A program made the position numbers and the translations under genes. Of a stretch of 32,000 nt of DNA, positions 8,893-16,876 are shown piece after piece (the stretch's first letter is position 1; each line of letters starts with the position of its first letter). Source of the DNA: Promethearchaeota archaeon (GTDB lineage Archaea; Asgardarchaeota; Lokiarchaeia; Sigyniarchaeales; SOKP01); the NCBI GenBank assembly GCA_030606485.1, contig JAUWGH010000009.1, forward strand, positions 60,001 through 92,000, in the 5' to 3' direction. Under the pieces are notes generated by a model. That model searched no databases and was not told the DNA's origin. It worked only from the letters and a program-made list of their open reading frames with translations.

Positions 8893-10200
8893 TTGGAAAA
8901 GAAGGAGTCAAAATATACAACGATTGAGGAAGCTCTGAAAAAGGGTTCTATTAATGTAAATTTGAGAGGTTGGGTATATAGAGAAAGAAAATCTAACAAA
9001 TTTGTATTCATTGTTTTAAGGGACGAATCTGACATAATACAATGTGTTATATCTAAAAATAGAAATCCAGAACTCTTTGAAAAAGCTGAAAAATTAACAA
9101 TTGAATCTTCAATAAAGGTGTCTGGCGAATTAAAGAAGGATGAAAGGGCTCCCACCGGCTATGAAATTTCCGTAACTGATTTAGAAATTATCCAAATTGC
9201 CGAACCGTTTCCAATTACCGAACATCAATCACCTGAACTTTTATATGATAATAGACATCTTTGGATAAGATCAAGGAAATTAAACGCAGTTTTAAAAATT
9301 CGACACACAGTTGTTGGGGCTATTCATGGGTTTTTTAGAAATCATGGTTATTATGAATTTGACGCGCCAATTTTTCAACCTACCCAGTCCGAAGGTGGTG
9401 CTACATTATTTGAAGTTAAATATTTTGAAGATAAGATATATCTAAGCCAAACATGGCAATTATATGCTGAGGCAGCGATCTTTTCCTTAGGAAAAATTTA
9501 CAATATGGGACCAACTTTTAGAGCAGAAAGATCAAAAACTTCCAGACATCTAGCAGAATTTTGGATGGCTGAAATGGAAGCTGCATGGATGGAGCTTGAT
9601 GAGGTCACCGAAGTTGCAAAAGATGAGATCAGATTTATTTTACAAGAAGTTTTAAAACATAATAGGAAAGAACTTGAAATTTTAAAGAGAGATATTAAGC
9701 TGCTAGAGCATTATGCGAAAGCAGAATATCCTACAATTAAGTATGCAGAAGCTTTAGATATTCTTAATAACAAATACCAACTAAATGTTCCTTGGGGTAA
9801 GGATTTAAGAACCATTGAAGAAGAAAAAATCGCCGAACATTTTAAAGTTCCTGTGGTTATCACACATTATCCTATAGAAATTATGGGTTTTTATAAACCA
9901 CCCAGTGAAGAAAATCCTAAAGAAGCATTATGTTTTGATATGTTAGCTCCAGAAGGATATTGTGAAATCATTGGTGGGTCAGAAAGAAATACTTTAGTTG
10001 ACAACATGATAAAAAGATTAGAAGCAGATGGCGAAGATCCAAAAAATTATGAATGGTATTTTGATTTGAGACGTTATGGTAGTGTTCCTCATTCAGGTTA
10101 TGGTTTAGGTGTGGAAAGAGTAATCAGCTGGGTCTGCGGATTAGATAACATTAAAGATGCCATACCTTTCCCTAGAACTATGCTTAGAAAAGCACCTTAA
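8893..10200 (+). CDS. asnS: Asparagine--tRNA ligase (archaeal type)
   Basis: OB-fold N-terminus (GWVYR...LRD), FRAERSKTSRHLAEFW, DMLAPEGYCEIIGGSER, YFDLRRYGSVPHSGYGLGVER. TTG start with GTGAT upstream. Confidence 0.92.
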   Translation: MEKKESKYTTIEEALKKGSINVNLRGWVYRERKSNKFVFIVLRDESDIIQCVISKNRNPELFEKAEKLTIESSIKVSGELKKDERAPTGYEISVTDLEIIQIAEPFPITEHQSPELLYDNRHLWIRSRKLNAVLKIRHTVVGAIHGFFRNHGYYEFDAPIFQPTQSEGGATLFEVKYFEDKIYLSQTWQLYAEAAIFSLGKIYNMGPTFRAERSKTSRHLAEFWMAEMEAAWMELDEVTEVAKDEIRFILQEVLKHNRKELEILKRDIKLLEHYAKAEYPTIKYAEALDILNNKYQLNVPWGKDLRTIEEEKIAEHFKVPVVITHYPIEIMGFYKPPSEENPKEALCFDMLAPEGYCEIIGGSERNTLVDNMIKRLEADGEDPKNYEWYFDLRRYGSVPHSGYGLGVERVISWVCGLDNIKDAIPFPRTMLRKAP

Positions 10201-10301
10201 TGTGGTACTACAGTAAAATTTTTTAGAAATTCACAATTATTTTGAATGAGCTATTTAAAAGATGCTTATTCTAAATTATTTAGAAGTATGGTTTGCTATT
10301 A

Positions 10302-11783
10302 ATGGAACTCTATAATTATATGGGATATGAATTAATCGAAAAAATAATCAAAAAAGATCTAACCGTTCAAGATTTAATTCAAGCGACATTTGACAGAATT
10401 GAGACAACTGATAATCTCCTTCATTCTTTTACAAATCTATCAAAAGATAGAGCACTCAAAAAAGCAAAAGAATATGATATAAAAATTCAAAAAGGTAAAA
10501 AAGTTGGAAGGCTTTATGGATTACCTTTAGCAAATAAAGATTTAATATGCATAAAAGGTTTTCCTACGACTTGCTGTTCAAGAATACTGAAAGGTTATCA
10601 TTCTCCATACAATGCTTTCGTCATCGAACGTCTAGTAGAACAAGAGGGAGCAATTCATATTGGAAATACAAATATGGATGAATTTGCAATGGGAAGTTCT
10701 ACAGAAAATAGCTGTTATGGTCCTACATACAATCCATGGGATATTTCAAGAGTTCCTGGAGGATCTAGTGGTGGTTCTGCGGCTAGTATCGCATCAGGAC
10801 AAGCAATATTAGCTTTAGGAAGTGATACGGGTGGAAGTATTCGTTGTCCTGCTTCATTTTGTGGAGTTGTAGGATTAAAACCGACGTATGGAAGAATATC
10901 TAGGTACGGTTTAGTAGCATTTGCCAACTCATTAGACCAAATTGGATCAATAACTAAATGTGTATACGATTCAGCATTATTACTTGAGATTATGGCTGGT
11001 AAAGATCCCTTAGATTCCACTTCAGTAAATATAAATGTAGATAAATATACCGAAGAATTAAAAAAACCAATCAATAAGAAGATTTTAGGGGTACCCGAAG
11101 AATTTTTTAGAGAAGGGATCAATAATGAAGTAAAAAGTTCAGTAAAAAAATCAATTGAAAAATTGGAAAGTTTAGGAACAACTACAGTTGAGGTGACAAT
11201 TCCACATCTTGAATATACTGTTGCTACGTATTACTTACTCTGTATGAGTGAGGCAAGCTCGAATTTAGCGAGATATGATGGATTAAGGTATGGAAAAATG
11301 AGTCAAAATTTAAAAGGTGATGTTTATGACGTTTTTAGCAGAACCAGAAATGAAGGTTTGGGAGCTGAAGTAAGAAGAAGAATCTTTTTAGGTACTTATG
11401 CTTTATCTGCTGGATACTATGACATGTATTATATTAAAGCTCTGAAAGTGAGAACTTTAATCAAAAATGATTTTCAAGAAGCCTATAAAAAATGTGATTT
11501 TATTGTTTGTCCAACAATGCCCTCAACAGCGTTTAAAATTGGAGAGAAAGTAGATGATCCATTACAAATGTACATGGATGATGCGTTAACATGTCCCGTT
11601 AACCTTGCTGGTTTACCTGCAATAACAATACCTTGTGGTTTTGACAGTAATGATTTACCTATAGGGTTTCAAATTATTGGCAACTATTTTGATGAAAAAG
11701 GTATTCTTAATATTGGATATCAATTAGAGCAAGAATTGAATATTTATCGAAAAACTGCACCAATTGTAAAAGGAGGTAAATAA
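10302..11783 (+). CDS. gatA: Asp/Glu-tRNA amidotransferase subunit A
   Basis: Amidase signature (KD, GGSSGGS, GSDTGGSIR), SNLARYDG, EVRRRIFLGTYALSAGYYD. ATG 10302 is preferred over TTG 10293. Confidence 0.95.
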   Translation: MELYNYMGYELIEKIIKKDLTVQDLIQATFDRIETTDNLLHSFTNLSKDRALKKAKEYDIKIQKGKKVGRLYGLPLANKDLICIKGFPTTCCSRILKGYHSPYNAFVIERLVEQEGAIHIGNTNMDEFAMGSSTENSCYGPTYNPWDISRVPGGSSGGSAASIASGQAILALGSDTGGSIRCPASFCGVVGLKPTYGRISRYGLVAFANSLDQIGSITKCVYDSALLLEIMAGKDPLDSTSVNINVDKYTEELKKPINKKILGVPEEFFREGINNEVKSSVKKSIEKLESLGTTTVEVTIPHLEYTVATYYLLCMSEASSNLARYDGLRYGKMSQNLKGDVYDVFSRTRNEGLGAEVRRRIFLGTYALSAGYYDMYYIKALKVRTLIKNDFQEAYKKCDFIVCPTMPSTAFKIGEKVDDPLQMYMDDALTCPVNLAGLPAITIPCGFDSNDLPIGFQIIGNYFDEKGILNIGYQLEQELNIYRKTAPIVKGGK

Positions 11784-11784
11784 T

Positions 11785-13257
11785 TTGAGTCAAAATGATG
11801 AAGTGATGATAGGTTTAGAAGTTCATATTCAATTGACAAATCTTAAAACAAAACTCTTTTGTAGCTGTAACAATGATTATCGTGGTGCGGAACCTAATAC
11901 ATATGTATGTCCTATATGTATAGGTTTACCAGGTTCACTTCCTGTTGTTAATAAAAAAGTAATCAAATTTGCTATTAGATTAGCATTAGCATTAGATTGT
12001 AAAATAAATAATCAATTTTGGTTCTTTCGAAAGAATTATTTTTACCCAGATCTCCCTAAAGGATTCCAGATTAGCCAGTATAATAAAGCAGGGGGCAAAG
12101 CTTTTGCAGATGGGGGAAAAATAGCTATTAGATTAAATAATCATAAAAAAGATATAATCCTGAATAGAATTCATCTTGAAGAGGATCCAGCACGATTAGT
12201 ACATAAGGGAAGCATAGCAACTTCACCATTCACTTTAGTAGATTATAATCGTTCTGGTGTTTGTTTGATTGAAATAGTTACTGAACCTGTCATTAGATCT
12301 CCAGAAGAAGCCAGAGAATTTCTCAAACAATTAAAATCAATCGTTCAATATACTGGAATTTCTAATCTCGGGCTTGAAGGTTCAGTTAGAGTCGATGCAA
12401 ATGTTTCGATAAAGGGCTATGATCGCAGTGAAGTTAAAAATATCAACAGTTTTAAAGAAGTTGAACGAGCTTTAAGACACGAAATTATTAGGCAAAAAAA
12501 CATACTTAAAAGAGGAAAAAAATTAATTCAGGAAACAAGGCATTGGGATGATAAAAGAAGGATCACAATTCCATTACGAACTAAGGAATTGGAGGAGGAT
12601 TATCGCTATTTTCCCGAACAAGATTTAGTTCCAATAGAAATTAATAAAGATTTTATTCAAAAAGTTAAAAGTGAATTACCAGAAATGCCAAATGAGAGAT
12701 CAATAAGGTTTCGAAAAGAATATGGATTAACTGAATTTGACTCATATAATTTAGTTTTGGATAAAAATTTCGCTGATTTTTACGAAGAAGGAGTAAAATC
12801 TTACCCATCTTTTGGCTCTGAAGAACATAAATTATATTGTAATTGGTTAATGAATGACATTTCGAGATGGTTAAATAATAATAATAAGACAATAAAAGAA
12901 ACCAAAATAACACCAAAACATCTTGTAGATTTAATAAATACTATTAAAGATGGTAAAATAACCGGAAAAATAGCCAAATCTTTCATACCAGATCTTATGG
13001 TGGGAGTTAATGTTAAAGTTTTAATTGAAAAAACAGGTAAGAAAAGAATTTCTGATAAAGAATATATTCTTAAAATTGCAAAAGAAGTAATTATAAATAA
13101 TCCGGAAATAATAAAAGATTTTGAAAAGAATCCACGAGCTTTAGAAGCCTTAATTGGAAAATGTATGAAAAAAACAAAGGGTCGATTAGACCCAGAATTA
13201 ACTCGGGAACTCTTATTAGACTTACTTTCTAATAAAATAAAAAAAATAGAAATATAA
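11785..13257 (+). CDS. gatB: Asp/Glu-tRNA amidotransferase subunit B
   Basis: IGLEVH, RKNYFYPDLPKGFQISQY, HLEED, DYNRSG, DANVS, YRYFPEQDL and a YqeY-like tail. TTG start with AGGAGGT at 11771-11777. Confidence 0.95.
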   Translation: MSQNDEVMIGLEVHIQLTNLKTKLFCSCNNDYRGAEPNTYVCPICIGLPGSLPVVNKKVIKFAIRLALALDCKINNQFWFFRKNYFYPDLPKGFQISQYNKAGGKAFADGGKIAIRLNNHKKDIILNRIHLEEDPARLVHKGSIATSPFTLVDYNRSGVCLIEIVTEPVIRSPEEAREFLKQLKSIVQYTGISNLGLEGSVRVDANVSIKGYDRSEVKNINSFKEVERALRHEIIRQKNILKRGKKLIQETRHWDDKRRITIPLRTKELEEDYRYFPEQDLVPIEINKDFIQKVKSELPEMPNERSIRFRKEYGLTEFDSYNLVLDKNFADFYEEGVKSYPSFGSEEHKLYCNWLMNDISRWLNNNNKTIKETKITPKHLVDLINTIKDGKITGKIAKSFIPDLMVGVNVKVLIEKTGKKRISDKEYILKIAKEVIINNPEIIKDFEKNPRALEALIGKCMKKTKGRLDPELTRELLLDLLSNKIKKIEI

Positions 13258-13262
13258 TTTGA

Positions 13263-13613
13263 TCAACCAACTAAAGCTTTCTTTGCAGCATCTAATTTTA
13301 ATTTAATTATTCCAAGCTTAGCTTCAGTAGTTGCAATTACACAGATAATGTTCCCAGCTACTTCAGAAAATAAAAGTTTACCGTTTGTATTTTCTAATGT
13401 AGCACTAATAAATGAACCTTGCTCTAATTCTTTTGTAGCTCTTTGACCTACTTTAAGAATCAAATTAACCATGGCAGAGATTGCATCACTATCAATCCAG
13501 CCGGGAAGAGCTTCACCTAAAATTCCTGCAAATTTCTCAATTAAAACTGCTCCATGAACGCCTTTAATTTCTTTTAAGGATTCTAATATTCCTTTAATAT
13601 TTTTCTCTCCCAT
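13263..13613 (-). CDS. Roadblock/LC7 (MglB/LAMTOR2-like) domain protein
   Basis: About 116 aa with the roadblock pattern (L..L....GV.GAVL....G...., A..A....., LE...G.L, A....LG.I.L.L). ATG 13613 lies downstream of GTGAT. Confidence 0.8.
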   Translation of the reverse strand: MGEKNIKGILESLKEIKGVHGAVLIEKFAGILGEALPGWIDSDAISAMVNLILKVGQRATKELEQGSFISATLENTNGKLLFSEVAGNIICVIATTEAKLGIIKLKLDAAKKALVG

Positions 13614-13782
13614 AAAAATCACATTATATTCTAAGTAAGATAGGATTTTAAATTATATTTATAAGTATGTTAATAAAATTTAATTAAATTTAAAACTATT
13701 TTAATTTAACTAAAATATCCGTGTTTTTTACATGTTAATATTTTTGAAATAAAAAATAAAATTCCAATTAAATTATATTTTA

Positions 13783-13790
13783 TTTATAAA
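13783..13790 (+). promoter_or_regulatory. TATA box of a probably leaderless GNAT gene
   Basis: TTTATAAA ends 20 nt before ATG 13811, and there is no Shine-Dalgarno sequence. Confidence 0.45.
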
Positions 13791-13810
13791 TGGAACCGAT
13801 TAAATAGACC

Positions 13811-14956
13811 ATGGTTAATATAACATATCGTCATTTTCATGAGGGAGACGACAAGCAACTTGCGAAATTATTTGTTGATGCGTTTCAAATGACTGGTATT
13901 TCACGAATTGATACAGAAAGCAAATGGCATTGGCGTTATCCTTCTGACCCAGATTTTGAACCTGAGATGATTCAAATTGCTGAAGATTCAGAGAATGATA
14001 GACTCGTAGGCATGGTTATTGTTAATCGAGTTGAAAGAGTGCTTTTTAATAGTAATGAGTATTTAGTAGGTGATGTTAATGATGTTAGCACAGATCCTCG
14101 TTATACGCGCCAGGGGATTGCAAAAAAATTAATGGAGATGGCATTTGATTATATGCAATCAAGGGATTGCGATTACTCTATTCTTACAGCAGTTCCTAAA
14201 GGTTTTCCACGAAAAAAAATTTACTTAAAGATGGGATATAAAGATGTTGAACATGGGTACGCGACCATCGGTTTTCCATATTTTCTTAAATTTATCAAAG
14301 ATATGCCACTTTCTTCCCCAGCACTTCCCATATTTGCTACATTAAATTATGGTGGGAGATTTTTAAATCGATTAAGAATTAAATTAGACTTATCTTTTAG
14401 AAATTTTTCATATGAAATCGTGCATAACAACAGACATTGGGAAGTTATGGATGTCATAAATCGAATTCTTTCAAAAAATTATACCGGTTTTTATCCATAT
14501 GATCGAAAGATATATCGATGGATGCGAATCAACGTTCCCAATAAAGATTATGAGCCAACCTATGTTCTCATCAAAAAAAATGGTAATATAATTGGAGGAG
14601 GTACTCTTACAAGTTCTCGATTGGTCTCAAAAAAACTAAAATTCAAGTTTGGATTCTCCGTTCTTCATGAAATTTATCTTGATAAATCATTTTTCTTGAA
14701 TAAAAGGGAATTGCATTTTGGGTATCTATATTTAATTGATAAAATTCTTAAAGCGGCAGTTCAACGGAAAGAAGGAGCTTTTTTTTATCTAAGTATAAAA
14801 TCTGATGTTGATTTAAGAAGGGCATTTACTAGTATAGGACTTTTACAACATCCCATGGAAGTTATTATGTTAAAACCTATGAAAAATGGTTTATCAATCC
14901 CGAAATTTGAAAAACCTCTTTATTGTCCAACCTATTTATCAATGGGATTACCATAA
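13811..14956 (+). CDS. GNAT family N-acetyltransferase
   Basis: N-terminal YRHFHEGD and acetyl-CoA motif A VSTDPRYTRQGIAKKLM. The C-terminal half may be a second degenerate GNAT domain. Confidence 0.75.
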   Translation: MVNITYRHFHEGDDKQLAKLFVDAFQMTGISRIDTESKWHWRYPSDPDFEPEMIQIAEDSENDRLVGMVIVNRVERVLFNSNEYLVGDVNDVSTDPRYTRQGIAKKLMEMAFDYMQSRDCDYSILTAVPKGFPRKKIYLKMGYKDVEHGYATIGFPYFLKFIKDMPLSSPALPIFATLNYGGRFLNRLRIKLDLSFRNFSYEIVHNNRHWEVMDVINRILSKNYTGFYPYDRKIYRWMRINVPNKDYEPTYVLIKKNGNIIGGGTLTSSRLVSKKLKFKFGFSVLHEIYLDKSFFLNKRELHFGYLYLIDKILKAAVQRKEGAFFYLSIKSDVDLRRAFTSIGLLQHPMEVIMLKPMKNGLSIPKFEKPLYCPTYLSMGLP

Positions 14957-15026
14957 CTTTTTTTATATTTAATCTCAAATTATAAATAAAATTCCTTTTG
15001 TAAATTTAATTTTTGAGAAAATTATA

Positions 15027-16073
15027 ATGACACTCATAAAAGCAGGAATAATTGGAGCTGGAGTTGCAGGGGGTTGGCATGCATTATCCTTAAAAAAAAT
15101 TCCTGAAAAAGTGCAATTAGCCTTTATTTGTGATATTGATGAAAAAAAGGGAAAACGTTTAAAAAGAACAAATAAAGAAGCTAATATTTTAACAGATTAT
15201 AAGGAATTACTAGCGCGTGATGATATTGATACCGTTCACATCTGTTTACCCCATTTTTTACATGCAGAAGTAACAGTTGAGGCTGCAAAATATGGAAAAC
15301 ATATCTTATGCGAAAAACCAATCGCAAATACGTTGGAAGAGTGTGATAAAATGATCGAAGCAACTAAAAAAGCTGGAGTTAAATTAATGATTGCCGAAAA
15401 TCAAAGATTCTTACCAGCACTAATAAAAATAAAAGAAATTATTGGAAAGGGGACAATAGGAGATATTAAACTTGTTCGAACTTATGAGGGAGGTTCTGAA
15501 GTCGCCAGTATGTCTGACCCTAATTCTTGGAAATGTAAATGGATTGAAGGTGGTGGGGGTGCGTGGATGGATAGTGGAGTTCACAGGATTGCAGTGCTTA
15601 ATTATTTAATAGGTGATATTAAAAGTATTAGTGGTCACGCAGAAAAATTGTTATCACAATGTGAAGGTAAGGCAGATGATAATTGCGTTATGAATGTCCA
15701 GTTTGAAAGTGGAGCATTAGGCGAGATCGCAATTAGTTTCACGGTTGCAAGTGATTGGAATTGCAGTTTAGAGCTATATGGAACAAAGGGAACAATTTTG
15801 GAAAATCATAATTGGGAAAAACCAATAAAACTATATTCAACATTACCGGGACCAAATAGATGTGAATGGGTTGAACCTGAAGTATTTCATGAACCTTATC
15901 CTGGCTATTATCGAATTTCATTTCTTGAAGAAATAAAACATTTCTATGATTGCGTAATAAATAATAAAGAACCTGAAATGAGTGGTGAAGATGGTAAAAA
16001 AGCATTGGAGATTGTTTTATTAGGTTATGAATCTGCAAAATCTGGTAAACGAATTTATAGAAAAAATAAATAA
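15027..16073 (+). CDS. Gfo/Idh/MocA family NAD(P)-dependent oxidoreductase
   Basis: GIIGAGVAG Rossmann motif, HILCEKP, GGGAWMDSGVH. Confidence 0.9.
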   Translation: MTLIKAGIIGAGVAGGWHALSLKKIPEKVQLAFICDIDEKKGKRLKRTNKEANILTDYKELLARDDIDTVHICLPHFLHAEVTVEAAKYGKHILCEKPIANTLEECDKMIEATKKAGVKLMIAENQRFLPALIKIKEIIGKGTIGDIKLVRTYEGGSEVASMSDPNSWKCKWIEGGGGAWMDSGVHRIAVLNYLIGDIKSISGHAEKLLSQCEGKADDNCVMNVQFESGALGEIAISFTVASDWNCSLELYGTKGTILENHNWEKPIKLYSTLPGPNRCEWVEPEVFHEPYPGYYRISFLEEIKHFYDCVINNKEPEMSGEDGKKALEIVLLGYESAKSGKRIYRKNK

Positions 16074-16446
16074 AAAACATAAAAATAATAAAACTTAATC
16101 AACATTTAAAGGTGATTTTGATGGCTCCCACTGAAAAAATTAAAAATGCATTGAATAATTGGGCAAAAATGTTAGAAAACACTGAAATTGTAGATGAATT
16201 TGAAGAATATAATAATACCTTGCATTTATCTTTAATGATACAGATCTAAAATTACAATTAGTTTTTGAGAATAAAAAAGCTCGAATTGAAGATGGGTTTA
16301 ATGAGAATGCTGATATGACTTTAGAAATGAGTTCTGAACTTTTTGGAGGTATTGTTAATAGAAATGTTGCCCCAATAAAGGCTTTTATGGAAGGACATCT
16401 CAAAACAAAGGGAAATATGGCTGATTTACAGAAATTAGAAATATTT
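16062..16446 (+). repeat. Direct repeat, copy 1 (upstream element plus SCP2 coding region)
   Basis: Aligns with 20440-20826: 56/60 nt identical upstream and about 59% aa identity over 109 codons (manual alignment). Confidence 0.85.
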
Positions 16447-16494
16447 AATTTTCTGCTTAAAATAATGTTCAAATCTTTACTATATTATTATTAA
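16121..16494 (+). pseudogene. Frameshifted SCP2 sterol/lipid-transfer domain paralog
   Basis: AGGTGAT RBS and ATG 16121 (MAPTEKIKNALNNWAKMLEN...). One T is missing near 16226 (CAT TT ATC versus CAA TTT ATA in the intact copy), giving a stop at 16247-16249. The shifted frame continues ...AFMEGHLKTKGNMADLQKLEIF to a stop at 16494. Confidence 0.85.
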
Positions 16495-16822
16495 TTTTTC
16501 CTGGAGATAATAGTGATATATAAGGATTTGCAAGAATCTGACTTTTTTCTTTTTTTCCTTATCCCAAATTCGTGAAGTAGATAATTTCATAAAATTGACC
16601 CGCAATTTTTAAAAGAACCACCTGAAGGAAGATATAATGATTATAGAAAAAATTTAAAATATTTTGAAAAACGAAACAAATTATTGAATAAATAGCTCAC
16701 TTGATTTCACTCTTAAATTTCTTCTAAGATTTATGAAAGTATAATCTCCAGAAAGCATTCTTGATTTAAGTCTGTTATTTTCATGTTTGGTCATTTTTGA
16801 ACTGGGAGAAGAAAAAACCTAG

Positions 16823-16854
16823 ATCGATATTTTTGTCGATATATTTATATAAAA
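16823..16854 (+). promoter_or_regulatory. TATA box with adjacent short inverted repeat upstream of the large repeat gene
   Basis: TTTATATAAAA at 16844-16854, 22 nt before ATG 16877 (leaderless spacing). ATCGA-N8-TCGAT at 16823-16840. Confidence 0.45.
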
Positions 16855-16876
16855 CATTAACAAATTAGTATATGTT

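Noticed and set aside
8893-10200. Non-discriminating AspRS, which would explain the link to gatAB
   Set aside because: Motifs (EIIGGSER, LAPEGY, YGSVPHSG) match archaeal AsnRS. The N-terminal anticodon domain is present, so it is also not the truncated asparagine-synthetase paralog.
11785-13257. GatE
   Set aside because: At 490 aa it lacks the AspRS-like insertion of GatE, and its partner is an amidase-type GatA rather than GatD.
13676-13691. Palindrome AAATTTAATTAAATTT (likewise TTATAATATTATAA near 30864)
   Set aside because: Pure A/T palindromes are expected by chance in these intergenic regions.
16220-16249. Programmed -1 frameshift in the SCP2 copy
   Set aside because: No X-XXY-YYZ slippery heptamer or evident downstream structure; other signs of decay are present.
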